Source of the DNA: an uncultured delta proteobacterium
GTDB taxonomy: Bacteria; Desulfobacterota; Binatia; UBA9968
NCBI GenBank assembly: GCA_963771465.1
Contig: CAVYTU010000009.1
Coordinates: 192,001 to 256,000 of the forward strand
DNA: 64,000 bases
Direction: 5' to 3'
A program made the translations under genes and the position numbers. Below are positions 10,006 through 19,339 of this stretch, piece by piece. Each line of letters starts with the position of its first letter. Position 1 is the stretch's first letter. The notes beneath the pieces were generated by a model. The model was not told the origin of the DNA. It saw only the letters and a program-made list of their open reading frames with translations, and did no database searches.

Positions 10006-11031
10006 TCACGGCGCGAACCGTTCCTTCCAGCGCGGAATCGCCAACGGATTCACCACCGTATCGGGGATTTTGCCGTCGAGAATCGTTAGAATGCTTTGGG
10101 CAGCCATCTTTTGTCCCGCTTCCATGGAGCCCGGATTGGTGCCGATCGAATGCGGCGTGAGAATCAGGCGATCGGGGTCAACTTTGCGCAACGCATTGCC
10201 CCACGTCAGCGGTTCTTCGGCAAATACATCGAGCGCCGCGCCGGCAATCAGGTTTTCATTCAAAGCCTGGACTAGATCGGCTTCTTTGATCGCCGGCCCG
10301 CGTGAGGTATTGACGAGAAACGCCGTCGGCTTCATCAGCTTCAGCTCGCGCAAACCGATCATGCCGCGGGTCTCGCGCGTGAGCACGACGTGCAACGTCA
10401 CCACGTCGGACTGCTTCAGCAACTCGTCCAGGCCGACCATTTCAATGGCCAAATCGGCGACGGCCTCCTGCTTCACATAAGGGTCGTAACCGAGAATTTT
10501 CATGCCCCAGGCGCCGAGGCGCTTGGCGACGTTCCGGCCGATGCGGCCGACGCCGATGATGCCGACGATTTTGCCGAGCATGAGCGAGCCGCGGCTCTCT
10601 GGCGCTTTCCAACCCTGCGCGCGCAGGAAAGCTTCGTTGAACTTGAGCCGTTTGAACTGCGCCACCATCAGGCCGATGGTGGCTTCGCCGACGCCCAGAT
10701 AATTTTCCGGCGTCGGGCTGTTGCAGCAAATAATACCCAAGTCCGTCGCCGCCTCGACATCGACGGTTTCGATACCGATGCTCGACTTCACCACCGCTTG
10801 GAGGTCAGGACAGGAATCTAAAATCTCGCCGCTGATGATATCGCGTCCAGCGGGATAGAGAACCGGGCAATCGCCAACGAGCATGATCAAATCCTTACGC
10901 TCATAGCGAAAGTCGCGGAATTCATCTTGCGGCTTGCCCAACACTAGCTCGCAGCCGGCATTGCGCAGCGCATCTTCCGCCACCGTGATGCGCGGCGGGC
11001 CGGTCAAGCAAACCTTGCGCTTGGCTGCCAT
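10006..11031 (-). CDS. D-isomer-specific 2-hydroxyacid dehydrogenase (SerA-like)
   Basis: GIIGVGRIG, NTSRG, ALDVFAEEP and TPH motifs; AAGGA RBS before ATG at 11031. Confidence 0.9.
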   Translation of the reverse strand: MAAKRKVCLTGPPRITVAEDALRNAGCELVLGKPQDEFRDFRYERKDLIMLVGDCPVLYPAGRDIISGEILDSCPDLQAVVKSSIGIETVDVEAATDLGIICCNSPTPENYLGVGEATIGLMVAQFKRLKFNEAFLRAQGWKAPESRGSLMLGKIVGIIGVGRIGRNVAKRLGAWGMKILGYDPYVKQEAVADLAIEMVGLDELLKQSDVVTLHVVLTRETRGMIGLRELKLMKPTAFLVNTSRGPAIKEADLVQALNENLIAGAALDVFAEEPLTWGNALRKVDPDRLILTPHSIGTNPGSMEAGQKMAAQSILTILDGKIPDTVVNPLAIPRWKERFAP

Positions 11032-11039
11032 CGCATCCT

Positions 11040-12062
11040 TCAGCTCAGATTGTAGAGTTTCTTCGCGGTGTCGGCGAAAAGCCATTTTTTGGCTTCGTCG
11101 TTCAAATCTTTGCGCCGGCCCAAATGCTGGATATTTTCCGGAAACTCGGTGTCCCAGTGGGGAAAGTCCGAAGCATAATAAATGGCCTGGTGCGTCAACA
11201 CCTCGGTCACGGCACCGATCTGCGGTTCATAGTCCTCCGCGTGGAAAAATATCCGTCCATCTTTTAAATAGTCGATGGGCTTTCGTTTGCACTTTGGCGC
11301 TTCCACTTCGCCACGGATTTCCCACTCCTCGCTCATGCGGCCAAACCAGTAGGGCGCCCAGCTACAACCCGCTTCCATGAAGGCGACGCGCAGTTTGGGA
11401 AAGCGGTCGAAAACGCCGCGAAACATCATGCTGGTGCAATGCATCATCTGGGCGAAGGAATGAGACAAGGTGTGCACTTCGATAAATTGATCGAACATAT
11501 CGCCGGCAAAAAAATGCGGCCCGCGCACGGTGGCGTGGACGCCGACCATGCAGCCCAGCTTTTCCGCCTCTTCATAGATCGGCCAATAGTTCTCGTGGCC
11601 GAGCGGCATGCGCAAACCGACCGCCGGCAACATCAGGCCGACCAGTTTTAATTCTTTGACCGCCCGGCGTAATTCTTTCACAGCTTCCGGCACATCCTGG
11701 AACGACACCAAGGCGACGCATTTGAGCCGCGGGCTGACTTTTTGAAATTCTTCCGAACAGAAATTATTCCACGCCTGGGCGTATTGAACCGCCACATCCG
11801 GCTCGCGGATCCAACCGATGCTCAAGCCATTGGTCGGATAAAGCACCGCGGTGGAAACCTCACCGCGATCCATCGCCTCGAGCCAGCTCTTGGCGTCCCC
11901 TGCGCGGCTGCCAAGCTTGCCGCTCAACGAGCGATCCCAGCTATCTCCCAGCGTCAGCGTCGAGACCCGTTTGACGTATTTTTCCGGCATGTATTTCTTG
12001 AGTTGCGCGTCGGATTCGGTGATATGCCCGTCGGCATCGATGACTTCAAATTGATTCGCCAT
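11040..12062 (-). CDS. Amidohydrolase_2 family protein
   Basis: IDADGH, VLYPT, MEAGCSW and ASDFPH motifs. Confidence 0.92.
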   Translation of the reverse strand: MANQFEVIDADGHITESDAQLKKYMPEKYVKRVSTLTLGDSWDRSLSGKLGSRAGDAKSWLEAMDRGEVSTAVLYPTNGLSIGWIREPDVAVQYAQAWNNFCSEEFQKVSPRLKCVALVSFQDVPEAVKELRRAVKELKLVGLMLPAVGLRMPLGHENYWPIYEEAEKLGCMVGVHATVRGPHFFAGDMFDQFIEVHTLSHSFAQMMHCTSMMFRGVFDRFPKLRVAFMEAGCSWAPYWFGRMSEEWEIRGEVEAPKCKRKPIDYLKDGRIFFHAEDYEPQIGAVTEVLTHQAIYYASDFPHWDTEFPENIQHLGRRKDLNDEAKKWLFADTAKKLYNLS

Positions 12063-12294
12063 GGCGGTTTACCTCATCTTAGATTATGTCCCAACTGGTA
12101 CGCCTCAGCCGAGCATTGTGTCAAGAGAGCTAAAGGCAATTGAGAATTTTCTTGAGCGAGGAGCCAAAGTGATGGTAATCAATTAGCTTGCAATTCGCCG
12201 GCGGCTACTGAACGCGCCGGAAGTTCCCCGCCGGCGACAAAGAACTTAAGCTTTTTGTCCGGCAATCGTCTAAGCTGTAAGCGGAGGATGAGGA

Positions 12295-12579
12295 ATGAAA
12301 AAGGCTTGCTATTTGACCCTGCTGCTGACCTGGACCTTATGGACCCGCACCCAGAGTCCGACCTCCGACACTTGGGGAGCGGCTCCCGGCCTGGGTTCTC
12401 AAGCAAAATGCGAAGCAAGCATGAAAGAAAAGCTCGATCTGTGGAAGCAGTTCAAAGACTCCAAGTTTGGCAACAACTCGGTCACCTTCACGAACAACAA
12501 CACCACCATGAGCTACTTCTGCCTGCCCGAAACCGAAGACCCGCGCAAACCGGCCAAAGCGCCCAAGCCCGCGAAGTAA
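12295..12579 (+). CDS. Small exported two-Cys hypothetical protein (C-terminal CLPETEDPR)
   Basis: GAGGA RBS, signal-like N-terminus, two Cys in the mature part. Confidence 0.7.
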   Translation: MKKACYLTLLLTWTLWTRTQSPTSDTWGAAPGLGSQAKCEASMKEKLDLWKQFKDSKFGNNSVTFTNNNTTMSYFCLPETEDPRKPAKAPKPAK

Positions 12580-12718
12580 ACCATTCGCACAGCATTGCCC
12601 TGTCACCGTCGACTATTGAATTGCCGCCTGCCAAAGTCGGCGTATCGCGGTCTGGCGTCATCGGAACTAGACATTACCTTTGCTGAAGGATATGGAAGAT
12701 TCATTCAACGCGAAATGA

Positions 12719-13243
12719 GTGAGTCACAAAATCCTTTACCCGCTGATGGCTGCCAAATCATTAGGCATTGACGAGGCGACTATGAAGGCGAACATGCTCG
12801 ATTATACCAAAGCGGAAATCTCCCAGCTTCCGGACGGCTTGTTAAACGCTGAATGGCAGCAATACATGGCTTTTTCCAACCAACGGCAGCGCTTGCGCGA
12901 AGAGGTGCAAAGAATGATGCGCAAGAAATCCGCCGAGCAACAGGTGAAAGCCGGAGATATTGCGGAAGGTGGCATGGCGACCACCAAACTTGGGACAAAA
13001 GAAGTTTTGTTGGCGAAAGTTGCCGGCAAAATTTACGCCATCGATAACGCTTGCGGTCATTCGGGTTATCCCCTGCACAAGGGAAAACTAGACGGTTACG
13101 TCGTGACGTGCCGATGGCACGACGCCCAGTTCGACGTCCGCAACGGCGCAGTACTATCGGTTGGACGGGAAATGAAACCGATCAATCGATATCGCGTCGC
13201 CCAAGCTGAGGATGGCACAATCAAAATCGGGGAAGAATTATGA
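12719..13243 (+). CDS. Rieske [2Fe-2S] ferredoxin with N-terminal helical extension
   Basis: CGH...CRWH Rieske motifs. Exact start is uncertain. Confidence 0.88.
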   Translation: MSHKILYPLMAAKSLGIDEATMKANMLDYTKAEISQLPDGLLNAEWQQYMAFSNQRQRLREEVQRMMRKKSAEQQVKAGDIAEGGMATTKLGTKEVLLAKVAGKIYAIDNACGHSGYPLHKGKLDGYVVTCRWHDAQFDVRNGAVLSVGREMKPINRYRVAQAEDGTIKIGEEL

Positions 13244-13701
13244 AGACGCCGAGCAGAGCTGAGTTGGACAAACTGAACTTAGACGAGTTGAACGAGCTTG
13301 CCAGCGAGCTCGCTGAAGAAGATGAGGAGATCAAAAGAGTACGGCGCTATTTCATCGACGAATTTTGCCAGCGGGTGCCGGCCAAAGCGATTGCGTCCGC
13401 CGATCTTGCCGAGGGCGAGTTTATGGGTGCGTCATTGGACGGCCGCCCGATTCTCCTCGCTAAGGTCAAAGGAGAAGTTTTCGCCCTCAGCGATAAGTGC
13501 CCGCACCGCGGCTTTCCGCTGCATTACAACGGCAAGCTGGATGGCTATACCATCACCTGCGCCTATCATGGCGGCCAGTTCGATATCCGCAACGGCGCCT
13601 GTATAAAGCATCCGACAGAAACTTACCCATGCGAACGTTTCCAGCCTAACACCGCTGCCGATGGCACCATCGTCTGTGAAGCGATTAAAGAAAAGGCTTG
13701 A
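13240..13701 (+). CDS. Rieske [2Fe-2S] ferredoxin with acidic N-terminal helical extension
   Basis: CPH...CAYH motifs; ATGA overlap with the upstream gene. Confidence 0.9.
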   Translation: MKTPSRAELDKLNLDELNELASELAEEDEEIKRVRRYFIDEFCQRVPAKAIASADLAEGEFMGASLDGRPILLAKVKGEVFALSDKCPHRGFPLHYNGKLDGYTITCAYHGGQFDIRNGACIKHPTETYPCERFQPNTAADGTIVCEAIKEKA

Positions 13702-13773
13702 GAGCCCAAATCCCCGGTCCTGTTTAATGTCTCTCTCGGGACGGTTGAATTCGCTTTCCTTCGGGGCAAGTGA

Positions 13774-13808
13774 AGTTCCGTCATGCCCGCGTACGCGGGA
13801 AAGACGAA
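13774..13808. repeat. Half copy of REP-like element (GTCATkCCCGC..GCGGGAA family)
   Basis: AGTTCCGTCATGCCCGCGTACGCGGGAAAGACGAA resembles the arms at 62612-62703. Confidence 0.65.
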
Positions 13809-13877
13809 CAAGAGCAAGTCCACTGCGACTGGACGCCATCAAAATCCTTTGGCTTTGAGCTGAGGATTGTTTAATTC

Positions 13878-14903
13878 TCACGGAAAGAAAATTTCTTTTA
13901 GCTTCTTGGCGAACTCCGGTTCGCGTTTGATGCCCTCTTCAGTTTGCAGCACCGCCAGTTTTGCGCCTTGCAGAGCGTCGGGTCCGAGACTCGATGAAAC
14001 GCCCTTGCGCAACGGCAGATAGCCGGTGTCGGCGACGGCCTTTTGGCCCGCCTCGGACAAAGTAAAATCAATGTAGAGCTTGGCCGCGTTGGGGTGCGGC
14101 GCGTTTTTCACCAGGCCCAAGCCCACGCGCGTGTAAAACGCGCCGTCACGGGGCTTTAAAAATTTGACCGGCGCCGACTTTGGCGCTTCCACGGTGGCGC
14201 GCTCTTCGGTGCCAGCGATATGGACAAAATATTCGCCGCGCGCGATCAGGCTATAGACGAGATCGTTGGTGCGGCCGAAGAAGATTTTTTGCTGGGCCAT
14301 TTTTCTCAAATAGTTTTCACCGAGGCTCGGGTCCGTCAGGGTCTGGGCGAACCAACTAAAGCCGCCGCCACCGGGGCGCGGATCCTGGATCGCCAGTTTG
14401 CCTTTCCATTTGGGCTCGGCGAGATCGGCCCACGAGCGCGGCGTCTCGTCGGCGCTAACCCAGCGAGTATTAACGACGAGGCCGTAAACATGCGCCGAGT
14501 GCGACAGGGTCAAGCCGCTCTTGTCGATCGCCGAGGGTTCGAACTGCGCAAGTTGCGGCGACAGATACTTTTCCAAGTGTCCTTCCATGCCAAATTGATA
14601 GAGGCCGTTCCAACCACAGGAATGCAAATCGGCCGTAGGCCGCCCGGCGCGCCCTTCGCTTCTGATCTTCTCCTGAAGCTGCGAGCCTTTGCCATAGCTG
14701 ACTTGGACCTTGATCCCTGGATACTGGCGCTCAAACTCGCGCACTACCGGTTCAACGTTTTCCCGTCCGGGACAGCTATAGAGTACCACTCTGCCTTCGG
14801 CGCGCGCTTTGTCGGCGATCTCCGCGCCATGGCTCGGCGCTAACATTGCCACGCCTAAAGTTACGCTAGACCCGAGCAGCGCTACGAGTAATTGTCTTTT
14901 CAT
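13878..14903 (-). CDS. Fe(III)/thiamine/polyamine-class ABC substrate-binding protein (AfuA/FbpA-like)
   Basis: Signal peptide; PRSWADL..PKWKGK and APHPNAAKLYIDF.LS..GQ motifs. Confidence 0.88.
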   Translation of the reverse strand: MKRQLLVALLGSSVTLGVAMLAPSHGAEIADKARAEGRVVLYSCPGRENVEPVVREFERQYPGIKVQVSYGKGSQLQEKIRSEGRAGRPTADLHSCGWNGLYQFGMEGHLEKYLSPQLAQFEPSAIDKSGLTLSHSAHVYGLVVNTRWVSADETPRSWADLAEPKWKGKLAIQDPRPGGGGFSWFAQTLTDPSLGENYLRKMAQQKIFFGRTNDLVYSLIARGEYFVHIAGTEERATVEAPKSAPVKFLKPRDGAFYTRVGLGLVKNAPHPNAAKLYIDFTLSEAGQKAVADTGYLPLRKGVSSSLGPDALQGAKLAVLQTEEGIKREPEFAKKLKEIFFP

Positions 14904-14993
14904 CGCAATTCTCCTTGCCGGCGACTTCTTCCGAGAATCATCGTGTATACACACACTAATTGCCCTCTCGATTACCGCACTCGCTGTTAGCCG

Positions 14994-16682
14994 TCAACGA
15001 TCCTGATCCGCGACTTTCGCTCCTAGCAAACGCGCTAAGCCGAGCGAAACCAAGATGATCACCATCAGCACCAACGAAAGCGCGCACACGGTGCCCGGCT
15101 CGCCTCTCTGCCAGTAATGAAAAAGCGTCACGGAAAGTAGTTCGGTACCGTGGCCGTAAAGTAAAATAACCGGACCGAGTGTGCGGATAAAGCTGACAAA
15201 AAGAATTAGCATACCGGCGAGAAACACCGGCGCCATGAGCTTCAGGGTGATGGTGCGAAAGGCGTAAAGCCAACTGGCGCCGTGAACCCAGGCGCTTTCT
15301 TCCAGTTCGTTGCTGATCTGTACCAGGCCGCCGCAAGCCAACCTAACGCCGAGGGGAATACCGTGGGTGATAAAGGCGATCAGTAAAATCCACAGCGTGC
15401 CGTAAATCTCAAAAGGATAAGGCAGGCGGATATACGCCCAAAGCATGCCTAGGCTGAGAACGATTCCGGGGACCGTCCAGGGCACCCAGGAAATCAGCTC
15501 CAGCGCCTTTTTGCCGCGGAAGTTCGTCTTGGTGATAACGTATGCGACGGCGAACGAAAGTAACATGGTGATCAGCGCCGCCGTACCGCCGAGAAGAAAA
15601 GAATTCTTCATGCTCTGCCAGACGAGCACATCTTGGAAGATCGTCCGGTAATGATGCAAAGTCAGCGTCTCGCGTTCATAGAGACCGAACACTTCGAAGA
15701 ACGATCCCAGCACGAGCTGGGACATGGGCAGCATCGTTGCGATGAAAAAATAAACCGAGCAAATGGCCAGGGTCGCATATTTCCAGCGGCCGAGGCTGAT
15801 GAGCATGGGGCGGTAACCTTTGCCGCTGATGACCGAAAAAGATTTTCCCCGCAGGATTCTATTTTGCACTGCGATCAACAGCGCCGTCATGATAAAAAGT
15901 GTCACCGCCAGCGCGGTGGCAACGCCGTATTTCGGCGGATAGCCAAAATCGAGCGCCTCGTAGATTTTGTTGGTGAAAACAAATATCCCGGCCGGCAGCC
16001 CCAATATCACCGGCAGTTCGAAGGACTCCATGCCGCGCACGAAGGTGAGCAAGCTCGCGCCTAAAATCGCCGGCGCCATAAGCGGCAATGTGATGCGCGC
16101 AAAAACCTCGGCATGGCTGCTGCCCGACGCCAGCGCCGCTTCTTCCAGGGAACTGTCCATGGCGCGAAAGGCGCCGACAATGAGCAGAAACTTGGTCGGG
16201 CCCGAGGTAATTGTCCAGGTCCAAATCAATCCGCCCAGGGAGTAAATATTGAATGGCGGCTCGGCCAAGCCGAAGAGCCAGGTACAGAAGACGTTAAGCA
16301 AACCCGTGCGCGGACTTAGCAGCAACGCCCAGGCAAACACTTCTAAAATCGACGGGACGAAAAAAGGAATGAGCATGAATAGCGTAATCAGGCCGCGGCA
16401 CGGCGTGTCGGTGCGGGTCACCACCCAGGCAAAAAACATCGCCACCACGGCCGACAGCAGAGTTTGCGCGCCGACGATCAAGCAGGTGTTGAGAAAAAGC
16501 CGGTAGGTCTCCCGATCGCTGTAAGCGTCGATAAAATTTTGCAGCGTAAAAACGCCCGGATCGCCAGGGGCCGAGCTGCGCACGCTGCCATAGAGCAGCA
16601 TCAAGACGGGATAGAGGACGATCAGCGAAACGATTAAGAAAAGGACACCGATGACGAATCTGGAAAAGCGGGTTTGGTTCAC
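14994..16682 (-). CDS. Fe(III)-type ABC transporter permease (FbpB-like, two fused halves)
   Basis: Two EAA loops (SLEEAALASGS, ELEESAWVHGA) and about 12 TM segments. Confidence 0.92.
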   Translation of the reverse strand: MNQTRFSRFVIGVLFLIVSLIVLYPVLMLLYGSVRSSAPGDPGVFTLQNFIDAYSDRETYRLFLNTCLIVGAQTLLSAVVAMFFAWVVTRTDTPCRGLITLFMLIPFFVPSILEVFAWALLLSPRTGLLNVFCTWLFGLAEPPFNIYSLGGLIWTWTITSGPTKFLLIVGAFRAMDSSLEEAALASGSSHAEVFARITLPLMAPAILGASLLTFVRGMESFELPVILGLPAGIFVFTNKIYEALDFGYPPKYGVATALAVTLFIMTALLIAVQNRILRGKSFSVISGKGYRPMLISLGRWKYATLAICSVYFFIATMLPMSQLVLGSFFEVFGLYERETLTLHHYRTIFQDVLVWQSMKNSFLLGGTAALITMLLSFAVAYVITKTNFRGKKALELISWVPWTVPGIVLSLGMLWAYIRLPYPFEIYGTLWILLIAFITHGIPLGVRLACGGLVQISNELEESAWVHGASWLYAFRTITLKLMAPVFLAGMLILFVSFIRTLGPVILLYGHGTELLSVTLFHYWQRGEPGTVCALSLVLMVIILVSLGLARLLGAKVADQDR

Positions 16683-16742
16683 TCGAAGTAGCTTCGTTTG
16701 TCGATCAAGTTGTTTTCACTGGACCCAGCAGCAGACGACACG

Positions 16743-17306
16743 CTAAAGGTTCAAAATTTGAGCGCTCATCTCTATTGCGCCCCGACTACGGGCGCAGTTA
16801 GCTCTGTCTACGGTCACCGATAAACTAAAAAAACTGTACGGATTGCCGCCTATATGCGGCAGGGGCACCCACCAGAGCCACCAGTCATCGCCACTCTCGC
16901 GGATCGAGATCGGTATTTGCTGCACAGCGCAGGATTCGAGGTTAACAGCCACGTAACGAGCCTTTCTAACCCAACTCATCAACCAAGTCGACTGTTGCTC
17001 GAAGCAATCTTGCCATCCCTGTCGGCCGTTCGACGCGGACATTGCTCCGCGCTCTTCGCTGACGCAGTCACCGACCACCGGATGAATTAGCCGCACCACG
17101 CCGTACTGCTCGTCCGATTTCGCTCGGGCGAGTAGTCGTCCATTGGCATCGAGGAACGTAACCTCGTCTTTAAAAACCCGCAGCTGATTCGGTTTTTCTT
17201 TCGGATCGTACAAAGTCACGGACAGTGAGCCATGAGTCCGCTGATGGTAGTAACCGTAACTCAAAACACCCGCCACGAATATCAAGACTGCGACGAGTTT
17301 GCCCAT
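16743..17306 (-). CDS. Hypothetical membrane-anchored/exported protein
   Basis: N-terminal TM helix, 4 Cys, WWLWWVPLPHIGG motif. Confidence 0.6.
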   Translation of the reverse strand: MGKLVAVLIFVAGVLSYGYYHQRTHGSLSVTLYDPKEKPNQLRVFKDEVTFLDANGRLLARAKSDEQYGVVRLIHPVVGDCVSEERGAMSASNGRQGWQDCFEQQSTWLMSWVRKARYVAVNLESCAVQQIPISIRESGDDWWLWWVPLPHIGGNPYSFFSLSVTVDRANCARSRGAIEMSAQILNL

Positions 17307-17387
17307 CGTGTTACTATGATCGAAAGTATTCGTACCCTAAGGATTTTTTGCGTGGGTTTTTCGGCTGGAAATGATCAAAAAGAGAAT

Positions 17388-17990
17388 TCACCGAGGAAAA
17401 GTATCCACCAGTTCGCGCAGCCGATCCTTAGCGGATTGAAGAATAGGCACGCCGTCGCCGACCAATAGAATATCGAAGTCGAGCGCCAGCAGTTGACGCG
17501 CGCTATCGCGCAAACGCGGCGGATCGTCCACTACCTTATCTGGTAAGAGCTTGCACTTCCCAGGCGGATCGCCCACGACCGCATCCCCAACTAGCAAAAT
17601 TTTCCGTTCGGGCCAGTGAAGCACAACTTCTCCCTGAGATTTTCCCGGCGAGTCGATCACCACGAACGGACCGACCTTATCGCCTGAGTTCAATTCATCA
17701 TCCAGCACGGCGCCTTCGCTGCGCGCGTGCGCCGCGTCCGCCGGATGGATCGCCGTCCGCGCGCCAGTGCGCACACGTATCTTGTTCGCCGCACGCGAGT
17801 GATTGCGGTTGGTGATGAGAATCTGCGCAACACCCTGCCGCGCCATCTCCGCCAAATCTTCATCACTCGTTTCCACCGGATCGACGCAAAGATTCCCACT
17901 AGCGTACTGAATGAAATGCCCGTTAAAATTGTAACCGTGCGGTTCGGAAAACCACCGCCAAGTGAAGATGCCTGTCAGAATCTCAAGCAT
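17388..17990 (-). CDS. Metallo-beta-lactamase-fold protein (degenerate metal motif)
   Basis: VDP, ITNRNH, PGKS.GE, LLVGDA and LLVGDG motifs. Confidence 0.8.
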   Translation of the reverse strand: MLEILTGIFTWRWFSEPHGYNFNGHFIQYASGNLCVDPVETSDEDLAEMARQGVAQILITNRNHSRAANKIRVRTGARTAIHPADAAHARSEGAVLDDELNSGDKVGPFVVIDSPGKSQGEVVLHWPERKILLVGDAVVGDPPGKCKLLPDKVVDDPPRLRDSARQLLALDFDILLVGDGVPILQSAKDRLRELVDTFPR

Positions 17991-18083
17991 GTTATCTCCG
18001 TTTCATTGGTTACACTGTTGGCCGGACTCTAGCTCACGACCACCGATCGCACTTTTACGATTCGATTATTTTTAAGGTATTGT

Positions 18084-18286
18084 TCACAAGACAGCCGCAA
18101 CCATTCGATCCTTGGCCTCCACTAGAAAGGTCAGAACCGCTTCGCGGCTTACGGTCGGAAATCCTGTTAGATGGTCTCGCCCCCTTCAAGATAGTCCAAT
18201 AACATTTGCACCGGAACGTGAGTTCTCGCAAATACGGGGGTTCCTCCCATTACGTCAGGTGAGCAGGTAATGAGCAGGTTCGTCAT
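18084..18286 (-). pseudogene. DUF433 (antitoxin-like) pseudogene
   Basis: MTNLLITCSPDVMGGTPVFARTHVPVQMLLDYLEGGETI* then, in another frame, GFPTVSREAVLTFLVEAKDRMVAAVL*. Absent from the ORF track. Confidence 0.8.
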
Positions 18287-18701
18287 TATCAAAAAAGTAC
18301 TCCTGAACCGGCTGGGATATCAAGAGCGATCACATCACGCGATCGTTGCCGTAGCTATTTCAGTTGCTCGCGCTTGGATTTGTAAATCTGGCCACCGTGC
18401 GAAACACAAATAATCAATTTCTGACACCGGTTCTAACGGCTTGCCGAAAGCCAATCCGGTAAAAAAAGCCGAAGATGTAGGCAACGCCTACGCGACGTGA
18501 GCCGAGCTTAACACGAATTGACTACGAGCATCCCAGTTTCTTCCTATTCACATCACGCTTTACCGCAAAAGTCTTTTGCCATTTAGTTTTGCCAGAAATG
18601 AACAGAGCAATTCTGTTCGTCCGCCAGGTCTCTCTACACGAAATCGGACGGCGCAATGACGGCAATGTCAATTCGAATGTTGGTTTCGCCATTGCTGTCT
18701 C

Positions 18702-18719
18702 ACGGCCCGTAACTAGCAA
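18702..18719 (+). promoter_or_regulatory. Candidate sigma54 -24/-12 promoter for the tad pseudopilin genes
   Basis: acGGcccgtaactaGCaa, a GG-N10-GC spacing about 75 nt upstream of the ATG. Confidence 0.35.
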
Positions 18720-18790
18720 CAGTGTTACTCAATCGCAGCGGGCGACAGTAGAAAAAACTAAATGTGCGGAAATCAGAAGGAGTTCGAAAG

Positions 18791-19294
18791 ATGTCACTTG
18801 ATTCATCTTCCCCGCTTCTAAGTCGAAAGGGTTTAATGGGTTTAACCGGTTCGTCAGGTCAAGCCGTGGTCGAGTTCACGCTGACGTTTCTAATCCTGCT
18901 GATTGTCGCCTGGATACCGGCAGATTTTGGGCTTGCGTTCTATACCGGGCAGCTCGCTCAGAACGCTGCGCGTGAAGGAGCCAGAATCGCGTCGGCCGAT
19001 CGCACGCTCGTAAGCGGAACGACCAGCTGCGTCGTGCCTTCTTGTACAGGAAACATATTTAAGGAAACCGCAGGAAGGATTTCGGCGGCGCTCCTTCCAG
19101 CCGCGACGATCACGGTGAATCTAGATCCTGATATAGGAACAAATTGCAACCGGATGGTGACAGTCGCGGTATCCGGAACCTACCACTTCTTTTTCTACCA
19201 GCTCCTCCATTGGTTGGGCGTCTCAGGAAACTTAAACGATACGCCGATCACTCGTCAAACACGCATGAGGTGGGAGGCGCAAGCGGGATGCTAA
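18791..19294 (+). CDS. TadE/TadF-like pseudopilin
   Basis: GQAVVEFTL prepilin motif, TM helix, AAREGAR; AAGGAG RBS. Confidence 0.88.
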   Translation: MSLDSSSPLLSRKGLMGLTGSSGQAVVEFTLTFLILLIVAWIPADFGLAFYTGQLAQNAAREGARIASADRTLVSGTTSCVVPSCTGNIFKETAGRISAALLPAATITVNLDPDIGTNCNRMVTVAVSGTYHFFFYQLLHWLGVSGNLNDTPITRQTRMRWEAQAGC

Positions 19295-19339
19295 CGCGTG
19301 AGTTCGAAGTGAACGAGCGAAAACAGGGAGGGCCAACCA

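Noticed and set aside
18400-18760. c-di-GMP riboswitch upstream of the pilus genes
   Set aside because: Hairpins are present, but I could not find the class I GCAAA..GAAA..GACGCAAA consensus on either strand.
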